Origin: Macrostomum lignano
Taxonomy: Eukaryota
Assembly (NCBI GenBank): GCA_002269645.1
Contig: NIVC01000983.1
Location: 248,001-312,000, forward strand
DNA length: 64,000 bases
Reading direction: 5' to 3'
Every line of letters starts with the position of its first letter. The first letter of the stretch is position 1. Below are positions 1-11,651 of this stretch, piece after piece. Position numbers and translations under genes: made by a program. The notes below the pieces were generated by a model, which worked only from the letters and a program-made list of their open reading frames with translations, was not told where the DNA came from and did not search any database.

Positions 1-22
1 TGGTGAGAAAAAATGTTTTGAT

Positions 23-837
23 GAGGGGGGAGAGGGGATTTCCATGGGGGGGAGAGGGTTCTATGGGGAGGCAGGATTTCCATGGGGAGGGGATTTCCAT
101 AGGGGGAGAGGGGATTTCCATGCGGGGGGAGAGGGTTCTATGGGGAGGCAGGATTTCCATGGAGAGGGGATTTCAATGCGGGGGGAGAGGGTTCTATGGG
201 GAGGCAGGATTTCCATGGGGAGGGGATTTCCATGCGGGGGGAGAGGGTTCTATGGGGAGGCAGGATTTCCATGGGGAGGGGATTTCCATAGGGGGAGAGG
301 GGATTTCCATGCGGGGGGAGAGGGTTCTATGGGGAGGCAGGATTTCCATGGGGAGGGGATTTCCATAGGGGGAGAGGGGATTTCCATGCGGGGGGAGAGG
401 GTTCTATGGGGAGGCAGGATTTCCATGGAGAGGGGATTTCCATGCGGGGGGAGAGGGTTCTATGGGGAGGCAGGATTTCCATGGGGAGGGGATTTCCATA
501 GGGGGAGAGGGGATTTCCATGCGGGGGGAGAGGGTTCTATGGGGAGGCAGGATTTCCATGGAGAGGGGATTTCCATGCGGGGGGAGAGGGTTCTATGGGG
601 AGGCAGGATTTCCATGGGGAGGGGATTTCCATAGGGGGAGAGGGGATTTCCATGCGGGGGGAGAGGGTTCTATGGGGAGGCAGGATTTCCATGGAGAGGG
701 GATTTCCATGCGGGGGGAGAGGGTTCTATGGGGAGGCAGGATTTCCATGGGGAGGGGATTTCCATAGGGGGAGAGGGGATTTCCATGCGGGGGGAGAGGG
801 TTCTATGGGGAGGCAGGATTTCCATGGAGAGGGGATT
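23..837. repeat. G-rich composite minisatellite in RNF10 intron; resumes at 3343-3500 after a transposon insertion
   Basis: Repeated modules GGGGAGAGGGTTCTATGGGGAGGCAGGATTTCCATG and GGGGATTTCCAT. The overlapping ORFs at 3-876 are its translations. Confidence 0.95.
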
Positions 838-3342
838 CCCGACCGGAAACAATTGTTCTTTAAATGCGTCAAATAGCACATAAAAAATAAATTGGGGGGA
901 ATCCCAAAATAACTGTCGAAACGACACGAAATTTGTGAGAATCGACAATTGGTGGCACAGCTTGGCACAAATATAACTGTGCCAAGCTGTGCCAACTGGC
1001 ACATGTGACACAATTAAGAATCAAATTTTTAATTGTGCACTGCTGTGCCACAACTGTGCCACAACTGTGCCAGTTGTCTGAGCCATTTTTGAATGCTTAT
1101 AATTGTGCACAACTGTGCCATAAATGTACCATTTGGCACCATACGAGTAAATGTGCAGCTAGAAGCAGTTAAACTAGCGCGTACTGTGCCATTTGGCGTA
1201 AATTCTCCAGACGAGTGAATTGCAGTTTAAAGCAGTTGAACTAAGCGCATAATATGCTATCTGATGCTATTATAGTTGACCCGTTAGTCAACTACGAGTT
1301 ATGAAGTGTATGTATGAAGTAGCTAACATTTTGCGAGAAGTCCTTCTCATGTTTAAATGAGGGAAGACAAATTGAAAAGAGTTGTCAATGTAAATTAAAC
1401 TTTAAAATAATGTTGAGCGCGAACATAAACAGATTAAAACAGTTGGAAAAAGGGATGTTGCATAAATACGTATATATTTAATGGGAAGTAGCAAATAGGA
1501 CAAAAAAACATGTATAAAACAGGAAAAAGGGGAGGCTGCGGAATTAAAAAATGCATACTAGAAGTTAACGGAAAGAAACATAACAGACAGCGGACATTGG
1601 ACAGGAAACAAAAAACAACGTAATTAAAAAGCGCGGTGCATGAAAATTGTGGTGCCAGTCAAAGAGTTTACACTTCTAATACATTTGAAACCAAAACATG
1701 CAATGTAACAAATTAACTACTGAGTCGACTACACGTGGCACAGGATTTTAATGTAACAACATGTATACATCTAATGTATACACTAATTTAAAAAGCACAA
1801 ACAAACAACTAGATAAAAAACAAGCAATTAGTGAAACCAACTCCAATACCTCTGTTCCCCTATACTTTTCTAGTTAGACAACAAGTCTGATTCCTGGTGC
1901 TATTGTAATTTACGAGTCTGGAACTAACTATAGTAATGTAGTTGGTTACTTTATGTGGGAAAGAGCATATTTCCAGGGGAAAACAAAACCAGAAACATGA
2001 GGGAGACAGACCAAGCTAGACGGGTCCCGCATCTGCCAAACAAGTTTAGTTTTGCTAGATGCAACAGCAGATATTCCGCGCTCAGTCCTCGCGAGTGCAT
2101 TAGCCGCCTCCGACTGCACATTGTCAGTGACATTGGCAGCCGCACCTTGACGAAGTTTCTTTACAGGCAAACGTCCGGATTGCTTTTCACGCCGACTGAC
2201 GGTGATGGAGCATCGGACGTAGGCCTTTTCAATCGCTTTCATTGGTTGGGATGTCGATTCCAGCCAGGTAGCAGGCGTGGCCGACCAGGCTCAGTAGCGC
2301 GACCGCTCAACAACGTTACCAAAATCTCGTCGTCGCTGAAGCACCCCCGCACCATCTCGCGGAGAAGTGCATGAGGTTGGCCGGAGTCGTTGGTTCTTGA
2401 TATATCCTTACTGGCCGTGACCCTGGTCCGAGCGACGTTGGACGTAAAGGCGAAACCGATTGGCTGCAGAGGTGTTTTTTAAGGATTGAAGAGCGTTTGA
2501 GAGTAACAATAGGATATTTGCGCGATCATAAATGAAGGACTATTAATTTCTTACCGTAGTATAATTTCTTTCCATTGTCGTAAACCAGCATGTTGTCAAC
2601 TGTGACGGCTGGGTCCACGAGCTGATCTAGATGGACGGCGAGATGCTGCGTGATCTGCTGCTTTAGTTCTTTTGTAATGGCGTCAATCAAACGCGGTTGC
2701 GCCATTTTCGAGCGTCTGAGCAGATCATGCCGCAAGTTGGGAGTGAAAACCTGCCGGTATCTGCCAAAATCGAAGCTACTGACGTCGCAGCCTCAGTGCA
2801 AGTTGCACCGGGTGTGCGTCGAACAGTTTTGTTAGGTAATTAGTAATAAAAAAGGTTATTTGAGCCAAGTGTGCCAAGAAGGACAAAGACATATAACTGT
2901 GCTAAATGTCATTGCTGTGGTACAACTGGTACAATTGTAGCAAGTGTGCCAAGTGTGCCAGTCTGTTTTAATAACCAATTAGCTATAAAAAGGATATTCG
3001 TGCCAAGTGTGCCAAGAAGGACAGTCCAAGACAGTTATATAACTGTGTCAAATAGTATAGCTGTGGCACAACTGGTACACTTGTAGCAAGTGTGCCAAGT
3101 GTGCCAATTGGTTTCATTGGCCAATTAGCAGTAAAAATACTATTTGTGTCAAGTGTGCCAAATAGGACATACATCGACATTTACAAACTGTGCCAAATGG
3201 CATAGCTACGGCACAATTGGTACAATTGTATCAAGTGTGCCAAATATGACATACAAAGACATTTATACCTCTGTCAAAGGGCATATTTGTGGCACAACTG
3301 GCACACTTACTGTTTTTGAAAGGACAAATATTTTCGGTCGGG
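838..3342. mobile_element. Non-autonomous CACTA/EnSpm(CMC)-like DNA transposon, about 2.5 kb
   Basis: Imperfect TIRs: left CCCGACCGGAAACAATTGTTCTTTAAA; right end reverse-complemented CCCGACCGAAAATATTTGTCCTTTCAA (22/27 identical). 2-bp TSD TT at 836-837 and 3343-3344; removing the element and one TT restores the host unit GGGGATTTCCATG. Dense subterminal TGTGCCA/TGGCAC repeats at about 950-1190 and 2865-3305. Confidence 0.8.
2245..2705 (-). pseudogene. Degenerate spliced ORF inside the CACTA-like element (possible BEN-like accessory protein remnant)
   Basis: AAAATGG start at 2705 (MAQPRLIDAITKELKQQ...KKLYY), G|GTAAG donor at 2554, CTGCAG acceptor near 2464. A different downstream frame reads LLREMVRGCFSDDEILVTLLSGRATEPGRPRL, which resembles a BEN-domain core by eye. 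The frames do not join cleanly. Confidence 0.3.
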
Positions 3343-3621
3343 TTTCCATGCGGGGGGAGAGGGTTCTATGGGGAGGCAGGATTTCCATGGAGAGGGGATT
3401 TCCATGAGGTGAGAGGGGGTTCCACCAGGAGGGAGAGGGGGTTTCATGGGGAGGGAAGGGGATTTCCATGAGGAGGAGGTTCCCATGGGGACTGGGGAGG
3501 GAGAGAGGCGATGTTTATGGACAATACGGAAGAAGTGTTAGTAATCAGAAGGATTTAGGCTGTAGTATATTGAAACAGTACCGGAGCAACTCTATGAGTA
3601 ACAAATTTCAGTCCAGCTCAC

Positions 3622-6600
3622 CCGATGTACTGCAGCGCGCACGGATGGCAGTAGGCGTGGCCGCACTTGGTCACCTTGGCCGCCCGAGGCCGGCACAGGC
3701 AGATCGGACAGTTGGAACCGGCCGCCGCCGGGGCGCGAACCTCTTCAACGAGATCCCAGGCAACTAGCAGGTCAGGATCTTTCATATAGGCCGTGTAGTC
3801 CACGCCGACGCTGCCGCTGTTATTGTCGGTATTGCTGGCCTCCTTAGCAACGGCGGCCTTGACAACGAACTGACAATTGGCCTGCATAAATACTTCTTTG
3901 TTGTAGAAGCCGGAGCTCGCGCTGGCGTCGTACCGATTGAAGCTGCTAATTTATTTAGAGGGTGGGTGATTTTAACTGCAGGTGATGACACTACTTAAAG
4001 TAGAAAAATGTGTGAGACAATTTAAGAGATCGCCACCGCTGAGTAGCAAGTGGAGTATATCCTAATGGATTTCCCATAGAACCCACGCGGGGGATTTACG
4101 ACAGCTTGAGTGACACGAATTGGCTGTCTAACCTAATCCCAACCCTAGCTAATATCTAAAAATTAACAGAAACCTAAACTAACCTAACACTAATCAAATT
4201 TTCAAGCCAAAAGTATACCAATATCCTAATTTTGTCACCAAAATCTAAAACCCTAATTCCTAAAACTCAAATTCATAAACCCAAACCTAAAATCCGAATT
4301 CCTAAAACCCAAATTCCTAAACCAAAACCTAAAATCCTAATTTCTAAAACTCAAATTTAAAAACCCAAACTTAAAATCCTAATTTTTAAACTCTAATTTC
4401 TAAACCCAAACCTAAAACCCTAATTTTTAAACTCTAATTTCTAAACCCGAAACCTAAAAAACCCTAATTTTTAAACTCTAATTTCTAAACCCGAAACCTA
4501 AAACCCTAATTTTTAAACTCTAATTTCTAAACCCAAACCTAAAACCCTAATTTTTAAACTCTAATTTCTAAACCCAAACCTAAAACCCTAATTTTTAAAC
4601 TCTAATTTCTAAACCCGAAACCTAAAAAACCCTAATTTTTAAACTCTAATTTCTAAACCCGAAACCTAAAACCCTAATTTTTAAACTCTAATTTCTAAAC
4701 CCAAACCTAAAACCCTAATTTTTAAACTCTAATTTCTAAACCCGAAACCTAAAACCCTAATTTTTAAACTCTAATTTCTAAACCCAAACCTAAAACCCTA
4801 ATTTTTAAACTCTAATTTCTAAACCCAAACCTAAAACCCTAATTTTTAAACTCTAATTTCTAAACCCAAACCTAAAACCCTAATTTTTAAACTCTAATTT
4901 CTAAACCCAAACCTAAAACCCTAATTTTTAAACTCTAATTTCTAAACCCAAACCTAAAACCCTAATTTTTAAACTCTAATTTCTAAACCCGAAACCTAAA
5001 ACCCTAATTTTTAAACTCTAATTTCTAAACCCAAACCTAAAACCCTAATTTTTAAACTCTAATTTCTAAACCCGAAACCTAAAACCCTAATTTTTAAACT
5101 CTAATTTCTAAACCCGAAACCTAAAACCCTAATTTTTAAACTCTAATTTCTAAACCCAAACCTAAAACCCTAATTTTTAAACTCTAATTTCTAAACCCAA
5201 ACCTAAAACCCTAATTTTTAAACTCTAATTTCTAAACCCGAAACCTAAAACCCTAATTTTTTAACTCTAATTTCTAAACCCAAACCTAAAACCCTAATTC
5301 TTCGACTTCGAACTCTTAGACTAAAGAAAAAGATTCACAAACCGATACTGCTGCTGACGCTGCTTGAACTGCCGGCGACCAGCATTGCTGCCATTGTCAT
5401 CATAGTAGACGCCCAACTCTCTGGCCACGGTGGCTTCGGCGCTGTCACTGTTGGTCTTTCGACCGCCGCTGCTGTTTCCGCGTCGGCCAGAGGCGCCGCC
5501 GGCCGAATTGCGCTGAACGGCGCTGCTGGCTCCGCTGCTGCCGCTGCGCCGAGACCAGTTGGCCGACGATGCGCCCCGATTGCTGGCGCCACTACGAGAA
5601 ACAGCCGCAGGCGGTCCGAATTGCTGCTGCTGGTCGCAACCAGGGCCACTGACGCCGGCACCACCGCCAGCATTGGGCAATTGTCTGCCGCCACCTTTTG
5701 ATAGACAGTTTGTGAGTAAAATTACTTTTTAATTACAATGCAAAGGTGGGTGCTTTGTGCAATGCAGTTTGGGAAAAATTTGTACAAGTTGAAAGTGCTG
5801 AAATTTCAAGGCTTATAGGGGAATTGCTGAGATTTCAAGGCTTATAGTAAGGAATTGCTGAGATATCAAGGCTTATAGGGGAATTGCTGAGATGTCAAGG
5901 CTTATAGTAAGGAATTGCTGAGATATCAAGGCTTATAGGGGAATTGCTGAGATGTCAAGGCTTATGGAGGGGAATTGCTGAGATATCAAGGCTAATAGGG
6001 GGGAATTGCTGAGATATCAAGGCTTATAGGGGAATTGCTGAGATGTCAAGGCTTATGGAGGGGAATTGCTGAGATATCAAGGCTTATAGAAGGGAATTGC
6101 TGAGATGTCAAGGGTAATGGGAGGAATGCTGAGACATACATGCGCAACCTTTGGAATCACTTGGCTGATTCTATTGGCAACACATACATGTAAGTCGCTA
6201 TTGGCTGAGAGCAGTCACATGACTACTATTCCGTCCAATAGCAACTTACATGTGTGTGTTGCCAATAGAAATGGCCAAGTGAATCCCAAGGTTGCACCCA
6301 AGCATGTGCTGAGATTTCAAGTGTCATGGGAAAATAGCAGATTATCAGATTACCAGAGCTATTTATATCATATACAATATTGTAGACTTTCTTAGCTATT
6401 TGAACTTTTGGGAATATAAATATTTAAGTTTCTATCAGACAATAATAGTTGCCAAGTAACTACTTGAACTTTTAAGCCAATAAAAGTTTCTAGCAAAACA
6501 AGATATATTTTAGATATTTTTTTATTTAGGGCTAAGCAATAAGCACTTTTATAAATAGTAGGAGGCCTAGATAGTGCTATATCAAACTATTATAATAAAT

Positions 6601-9600
6601 TAAAAAATAGTTTATAAGCATTTGCTATTGAGACTATACTTTTATAAAAGATCATTAGAACAAAGATAGCTAAGGATATCACAAAAATTATTTTAAAAAA
6701 TAATTAATAATTTATAGAATATTGCTAATAACAATATTAGTATAATGTATAGGGGGTATAAAAAGCCTTAGGAATTTTTCACATGACTCTTTTTAAAAGT
6801 CATTGCAAAAATATGCCAATATAAATGTTTTATCATGCATGAAAGAAATATAAAATTATATTGCTTATAGCATAGGCCCAGCTACTTCAATCTGTTATAT
6901 AGTTTGCCAAAAAAGTGATCCCCTATACTTTAATTTCAATTTTTTTAATTTCAATTTTTTTAGTGAATAGAACTATTCACTAAAGAAATACTATAACTTT
7001 TTACAAAAATAGCCTATTATTGAGAGCAATCCTTAATTATACTTGATATTTGTTATATTGACAAAATAATATTGAACTACCTTTTCTGAATTGCATCTTA
7101 GAAGAATCATTTTGCATTAAGGTCATAGATATATGACATCGATTTTTTATTTTTCCCTGCTTAGAATCTTGTTAGAAACCATAAAAAATAAAAAAAATTC
7201 CAGAGGCTCTTTCAAATACCTTACTTATACAAATATTGTAACTCTTTTTCACTGATTGTGTAAAAATATTTAACCTTTTGAACAAATACTAAATACATTG
7301 GATAATACTGGCAAAACAGGCTCCTTGCCTGAGCCAAATTTACTACTACTACTACTGCTAAACTTTTTGCATCTTAAACTTTAAAGCTATTTTTTTAATA
7401 AGAGTATTTAGAATTTAGAATATAGTTCAAAGAGAATTTGCTAAATCTTAAAGTGCAGCTGCAATTATATATGTAGCTATATCTGTAAGTATTCAAATTT
7501 CCCACCTGGCTGAAGTTAGCCATCTTTTATTAGATGCATTGTCTGGAGTTTAATGCGGCACGAATAGCAAATTTACATACAAAAAATGGACAACAACCAA
7601 ACAAAAAGTTTACAAAATGGATGAAAGTGGAGAAAATATGACGCTTATCCAGTTTGGTATCCGGCTGTGCGTCCAGTAATTGCCCGATAAGTAATCCGGA
7701 GGAAGCCGGATGGGACAGCAGAGCCAATTCTGGATGAAAACTGGATGAAATGTATGGATTTACAGCCAGATGAGAAACCAGAGCCATTTCCAGATCAAAT
7801 GTATGGATTGGATACCAAGGACTACTTAACAACTCAGGATGCTACACTCGCGAATGGTAGAAATTCTAGAAAAGGCCACTTGCTTTAGCTGTGTCTATGG
7901 CAATGAAGCCTTTTCACTAACATTCTTTCATATTCTCAATGCTGGTTCAGACCAGCACTGCTGGTTTGTAGCAATAATTTGTTTTGTCTAAAATCTTGAT
8001 AAATAGCAACACTCTTTTTCATCAAAATGCCAATGAAGTGCTGCATCCCTGGATGCAGAAGCAATTATAAGAGCGGTAAAAAAATTCACTGTTTTTGGCT
8101 TTCCAATGGAAGAAGCTGAAGCTGAGGCATGGGTCCATGCGTTGCCTGTGCAAGTTAAGGTAATTTATGTAGCCTTTTGAACCTAATTTTTTGTTTCTAC
8201 TATAAAGATACTTATATTAACTGAATTATGATGATCATTCCATTCTATCTGTAGAAGGCTAGCATCTACATGGGAGTCTGCAAAAATCACTGATGAATTG
8301 ACTGCCTTCAATGCTGTCAACAGAATTGTCTCGTGGGCACTATTCATTACGTCAGCTTTGAGCCTGGATTTTGTTACCTCCAGAGGCTGGATTGTTCAAT
8401 GTCAGGATTTGTGAGTCACACATAGATGCGCTTCAGTCAATCTGTCTAGAATCATATGATCCACATCAGCAATATCTTCTACATCAATTTCAGCTGAGAT
8501 TTAAACCACCCGGTGGTGCTCAGTACAACTGCATAGATATTTTGATGGCAGCTAAGATATATTTTGCTGGAAGACAAGCGTACCAAGCTGCGAGAGAACT
8601 AGCGTGTCTGCCTCATCCAGCTACTCTAAAATAGCACATCGGTGGACTTAGTTCAGTTGGTACAGATAAAGATTGTCAGCTTATTATTGAAGCTCATTTG
8701 AAGTGCTGCAGCCCGTTGCAGCGTATCTGCTCTATTGTCTTCGACAAAGTTTACGTGCAGCCTTCCTTACGTCTTTGTGGAGGCCACGTTATTGGATATG
8801 CAGAGGATGCACCACAAAATTTGGCAAGAACTATTCTAGCTAAGCCATTTATGGGAGCTTCTGCTTTTGTCACTTGACTCATTCCTATATACACTCTATG
8901 ACCATAATGAATATGCACACCATTGTTTTTTTTATGAAAATTGACAGTGATTGTACTAAGATTTTTAAACTTTGTTATAGCCATCTATGTTTTCCTTATA
9001 CAGTTATGTACAGAGTTTTCCGATTTGTTGCATATCGTACTTTTCAATTGTCATTTACAATTCTTATGCTGAGAATATTTGCATATATTTTTTGTTTGTA
9101 TAACTGTAAAAATAATTATTATAGTGCAAAACTTTTATAATTATCTATCACTTAGTACTTGCTTCTTTATCCAAAAGGCTTATTAAAAACCATAGACACA
9201 GTTAAAGCAAGTGGCCTTTTCTAGAATTTCTACTATTTGCAAATATAGCATCCTGAGTTGTTAAGTAGTCCTTGTTGGATACCTGTATACTGTTGTTGGA
9301 TAATAATGGACATTCTAGATGCTTATTACTCAGCCTTAATTTGTGCTCCTTTACAGTGGCTTCCAAACTTTTGGCACAAAAATTGCACTATGTGGCAGCT
9401 ATTATAACTACAGCTCCTGCTCCTTATCTATAGCTGCTGCTCCTGCTATGATTTTGCTTGTATCTGTATGAACAAGCGAGGAGCTATAGATAAGCTTACT
9501 AGTAGAAAGCTTTTGGTAATTAAAACAGAGGTCAGAGGATTATAAAGGCATTAATCAAAACAGTAAGGCAATCTATATAACTTTTATCCAGAAACCTACA

Positions 9601-11113
9601 TGGGCGAATGCTGCTGAAAAAATTTGTAGGGCCAGCGCCAGTTTAATTAGTTTCAAATAATTTTTGACGCTAATGAAAAATATGAAACTTGAAATAAAAA
9701 AGTGCCACAATTATCACCTTTGTATAGAAACGAGTTTTGCACAAATTGCACTTAGAAGCTAGCGTACAGTTCAAAGTATAGTACAGTCCGCATTTTGCTT
9801 CTCCCAGTCTGTTTTTGAGCCTTGTGCGCTGAAAATTGACATGAAAGGGGACAGAAATGGCATAAAAATGAATTTCTTTTTCCCCAGGTATATTATATTT
9901 TAAAACACATGAATTTCACTTCAAGTGAACTCCCTCATCCGGATTTTGTCCATTTCACTATCCGGGATTTTTTCACTATAAGCCGGATTCACAGCCAGAT
10001 AAAAAACTGGAGCAACTCCGTGTAGAAATCTATGATTTATCCAACATTCATCCGCTTCTTATTCTAGTTCGCAGTCTAGTTTCATCTGCTGATCGACTGG
10101 AGCAGGAATCGGACACAATCCGGATAAAATGTGATCAATAAAAACACTTTTATCTGGTTTTGCTCCGGAGTTTCCTCCATTTGTTAGTCTGGTAAGAACT
10201 GCCATATCAAAACCGGATAAAAATTCTTTGAGGCTAGCTTCATATTGCTTGTTCTGGTTCTAGAACCAGAACCAATTTGTAAAGTATAACTTTTTGTCTC
10301 CTAAACTAGAGGGATTTTAGTGCTTTAAAATTGTGATTATCGAATGGCAATAGCCAAGAAGAAAGTGAAAAATTGTGCAAAGTGAGGCTGTTAAGGCAGT
10401 CAAACATTCAACAAATTTAAATAGGCCTAGTTATAACTGATTTTTTTCTTGGAAATCCAAACTGATTCTGGTTCTAGAATTGATTGCCATGAAGAGGCTC
10501 ATTTTCATCCGGAAAAGTAGAAAATTATGGATTTAACTGGATGAAGGCCGGGTAAATACCGGGTACCGACAGCTAGGCGGGTTATAGATTATTACAAATT
10601 TTATATTATAAGAAGTTTGCAACAGCTTTGTTTATAATGCTGTTCAGTTATTGCTAGATTTTTATTTATTCTCAAGTTGCTTAATTAGGGGTTTAGTAAG
10701 GCTATATAATGTTTAACTCATGACCCATAGTTAGGAAGGTGGCACAGTATGCACTGGAATAATTTTTTTGGGACAATCTGTGCGCTATCTATGCGCCATC
10801 TATGCGATATTTATCAAAGATTGAGATTGAGATTTATCAAATAGAATAGAAATTAGGCCTATAAAATACTTTTAAAATTTTATTAATGTCTATCCTTAAC
10901 CAAAGACAAAGTAAAACTTAAACCTAATAAAAATATTTACTTTTGAGAGTCTTCTGTTTACTTGCCATCATAAAAAATAGAGTCTACATTAATAAGTCAA
11001 CTGTAGACTACAGGTTCTGTAGCAGCCTATTTATTGATATGATATGGCCTATGTATGTTTGAATGTCACTAACCTTTATCAATTGCAGAACGTTGTGCAA
11101 GTGCCCTGTCCAT
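3622..11113 (-). CDS. RNF10: RING finger protein 10 (E3 ligase), 5' part; gene continues beyond the window start
   Basis: Exon 3942-3622 encodes FYNKEVFMQANCQFVV...DPDLLVAWDLVEEV...CPICLCRPRAAKVTKCGHAYCHPCALQYI, matching the RNF10 FNKELFLQANCQFVV / DPDTLVNWDFVEQV / C3HC4 RING signature. Phase-consistent upstream exons: 5694-5343 (Gly/Ser/Arg-rich) and a putative 40-nt first exon 11113-11074 (MDRALAQRSAIDK, G|GTTAGT). The upstream exons are less certain than the RING exon. Confidence 0.88.
4245..5299. repeat. 41-bp AT-rich minisatellite (RNF10 intron)
   Basis: Unit AAACCCAAACCTAAAACCCTAATTTTTAAACTCTAATTTCT, more than 20 near-identical copies, degenerate at the left edge; contains CCCTAA. Confidence 0.95.
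5796..6134. repeat. About 30-bp minisatellite (RNF10 intron)
   Basis: Unit GGAATTGCTGAGAT(A/G)TCAAGGCTTATAGG, about 10 copies, interrupted at its right end by a MITE. Confidence 0.9.
6135..6306. mobile_element. Hairpin-type MITE of the CATACATGCGCAAC family
   Basis: Perfect 8-bp TSD TGCTGAGA (6127-6134 and 6307-6314). Internally palindromic (TTCTATTGGCAACACA ... TGTGTTGCCAATAGAA). Near-identical copy at 48603-48778. Confidence 0.85.
7816..9274 (+). mobile_element. Internally deleted P-element (THAP9-like) DNA transposon
   Basis: TIRs of about 85 bp beginning CAAGGACTACTTAACAACTCAGGATGC (7816-7900 and 9191-9274), perfect 8-bp TSD TTGGATAC (7808-7815 and 9275-9282), and internal THAP and transposase remnants. 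Confidence 0.9.
8027..8880 (+). pseudogene. THAP domain plus N-terminal P-element transposase, disrupted
   Basis: MPMKCCIPGCRSNY, a frameshift at an A7 run, then TVFGFP...W..ALP, an intron at 8160-8254, and GVCKNH* completing a C2CH THAP motif. Downstream: AYQAARELACLPHPATLK* and ICSIVFDKVYVQPSL..GGHVIGYAED (first catalytic FDE-like motif read as FDK). Multiple stops. Confidence 0.8.
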
Positions 11114-11627
11114 CTCCTCCTGCATGAAAAAATAGCCAGCAAGTTAGGCTTTCTAATCTTGAAAAAAATATTCTTTGTCCAAACATGATTTAAAAAAGGG
11201 CAACCTCCATTATGTAAAATGAAAAAAAGAAAGATAATTTATTAAAGTTAGGGCTAATTTGAAAGTATTTGAAGTTGGTTTTAAGCTAAACTGCAATTAA
11301 GTGACAGATATATTCTGTCACTTTAAACTGACGCTACGCTTTGCCCAAGCGATAACACGAAGAATGGATAATACAGCTCAGAAAATGAGCGATAAACAGG
11401 AAAATAAAAGTTTTTATTTCTCAATTTTAGTTTAAAATTGTCCCTGCATATTGTTTATAACAAAAGCGGTATTGGCTCTATCGAGTTAAAAGTCGAATTA
11501 TCAGAATTTTTGGTTAAGCTAAATATTGATTCTATCTATCCTTTTTCTCGTGCTTTTGATGTGAATATCGTAAGGTAAGGTATTCCACCATTGCAGTCCT
11601 TCATTCAATTAACATGCAAATACAGAC

Positions 11628-11651
11628 CAAGGACGACTTAAGTCGTCCTTG
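11628..11651. mobile_element. P-element excision footprint / minimal 24-bp element
   Basis: Perfect palindrome CAAGGACGACTTAAGTCGTCCTTG between direct repeats ATACAGAC (11620-11627 and 11652-11659). Its first 14 nt match the P-element TIR at 7816 with one mismatch. Confidence 0.85.

Larger units (their letters stand above)
7501..10581. mobile_element. Second CCC-ended CACTA/EnSpm-like non-autonomous element, interrupted by a P-element
   Basis: Left end CCCACCTGGCTG versus right end reverse-complemented CCCGCCTAGCTG (10/12). TT on both flanks (2-bp TSD). CCGGAT/ATCCGG/CTGGAT subterminal repeats at 7640-7815 and 9930-10570. Confidence 0.6.

Noticed and set aside
3-876. Gly/Arg-rich ORFs at the window start, and similar repeat ORFs at 15919-16816, 26081-27318, 33182-33769, 34652-35148, 41155-41608 and 61099-61694
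   Set aside because: All coincide with tandem arrays; the peptide periodicity equals the DNA unit length.
5335-5694. Alternative overlapping frame (MAADNCPMLAVV...) as the RNF10 N-terminus
   Set aside because: The other frame gives consistent splice phases with both flanking exons; overlapping open frames are common in GC-rich exons.
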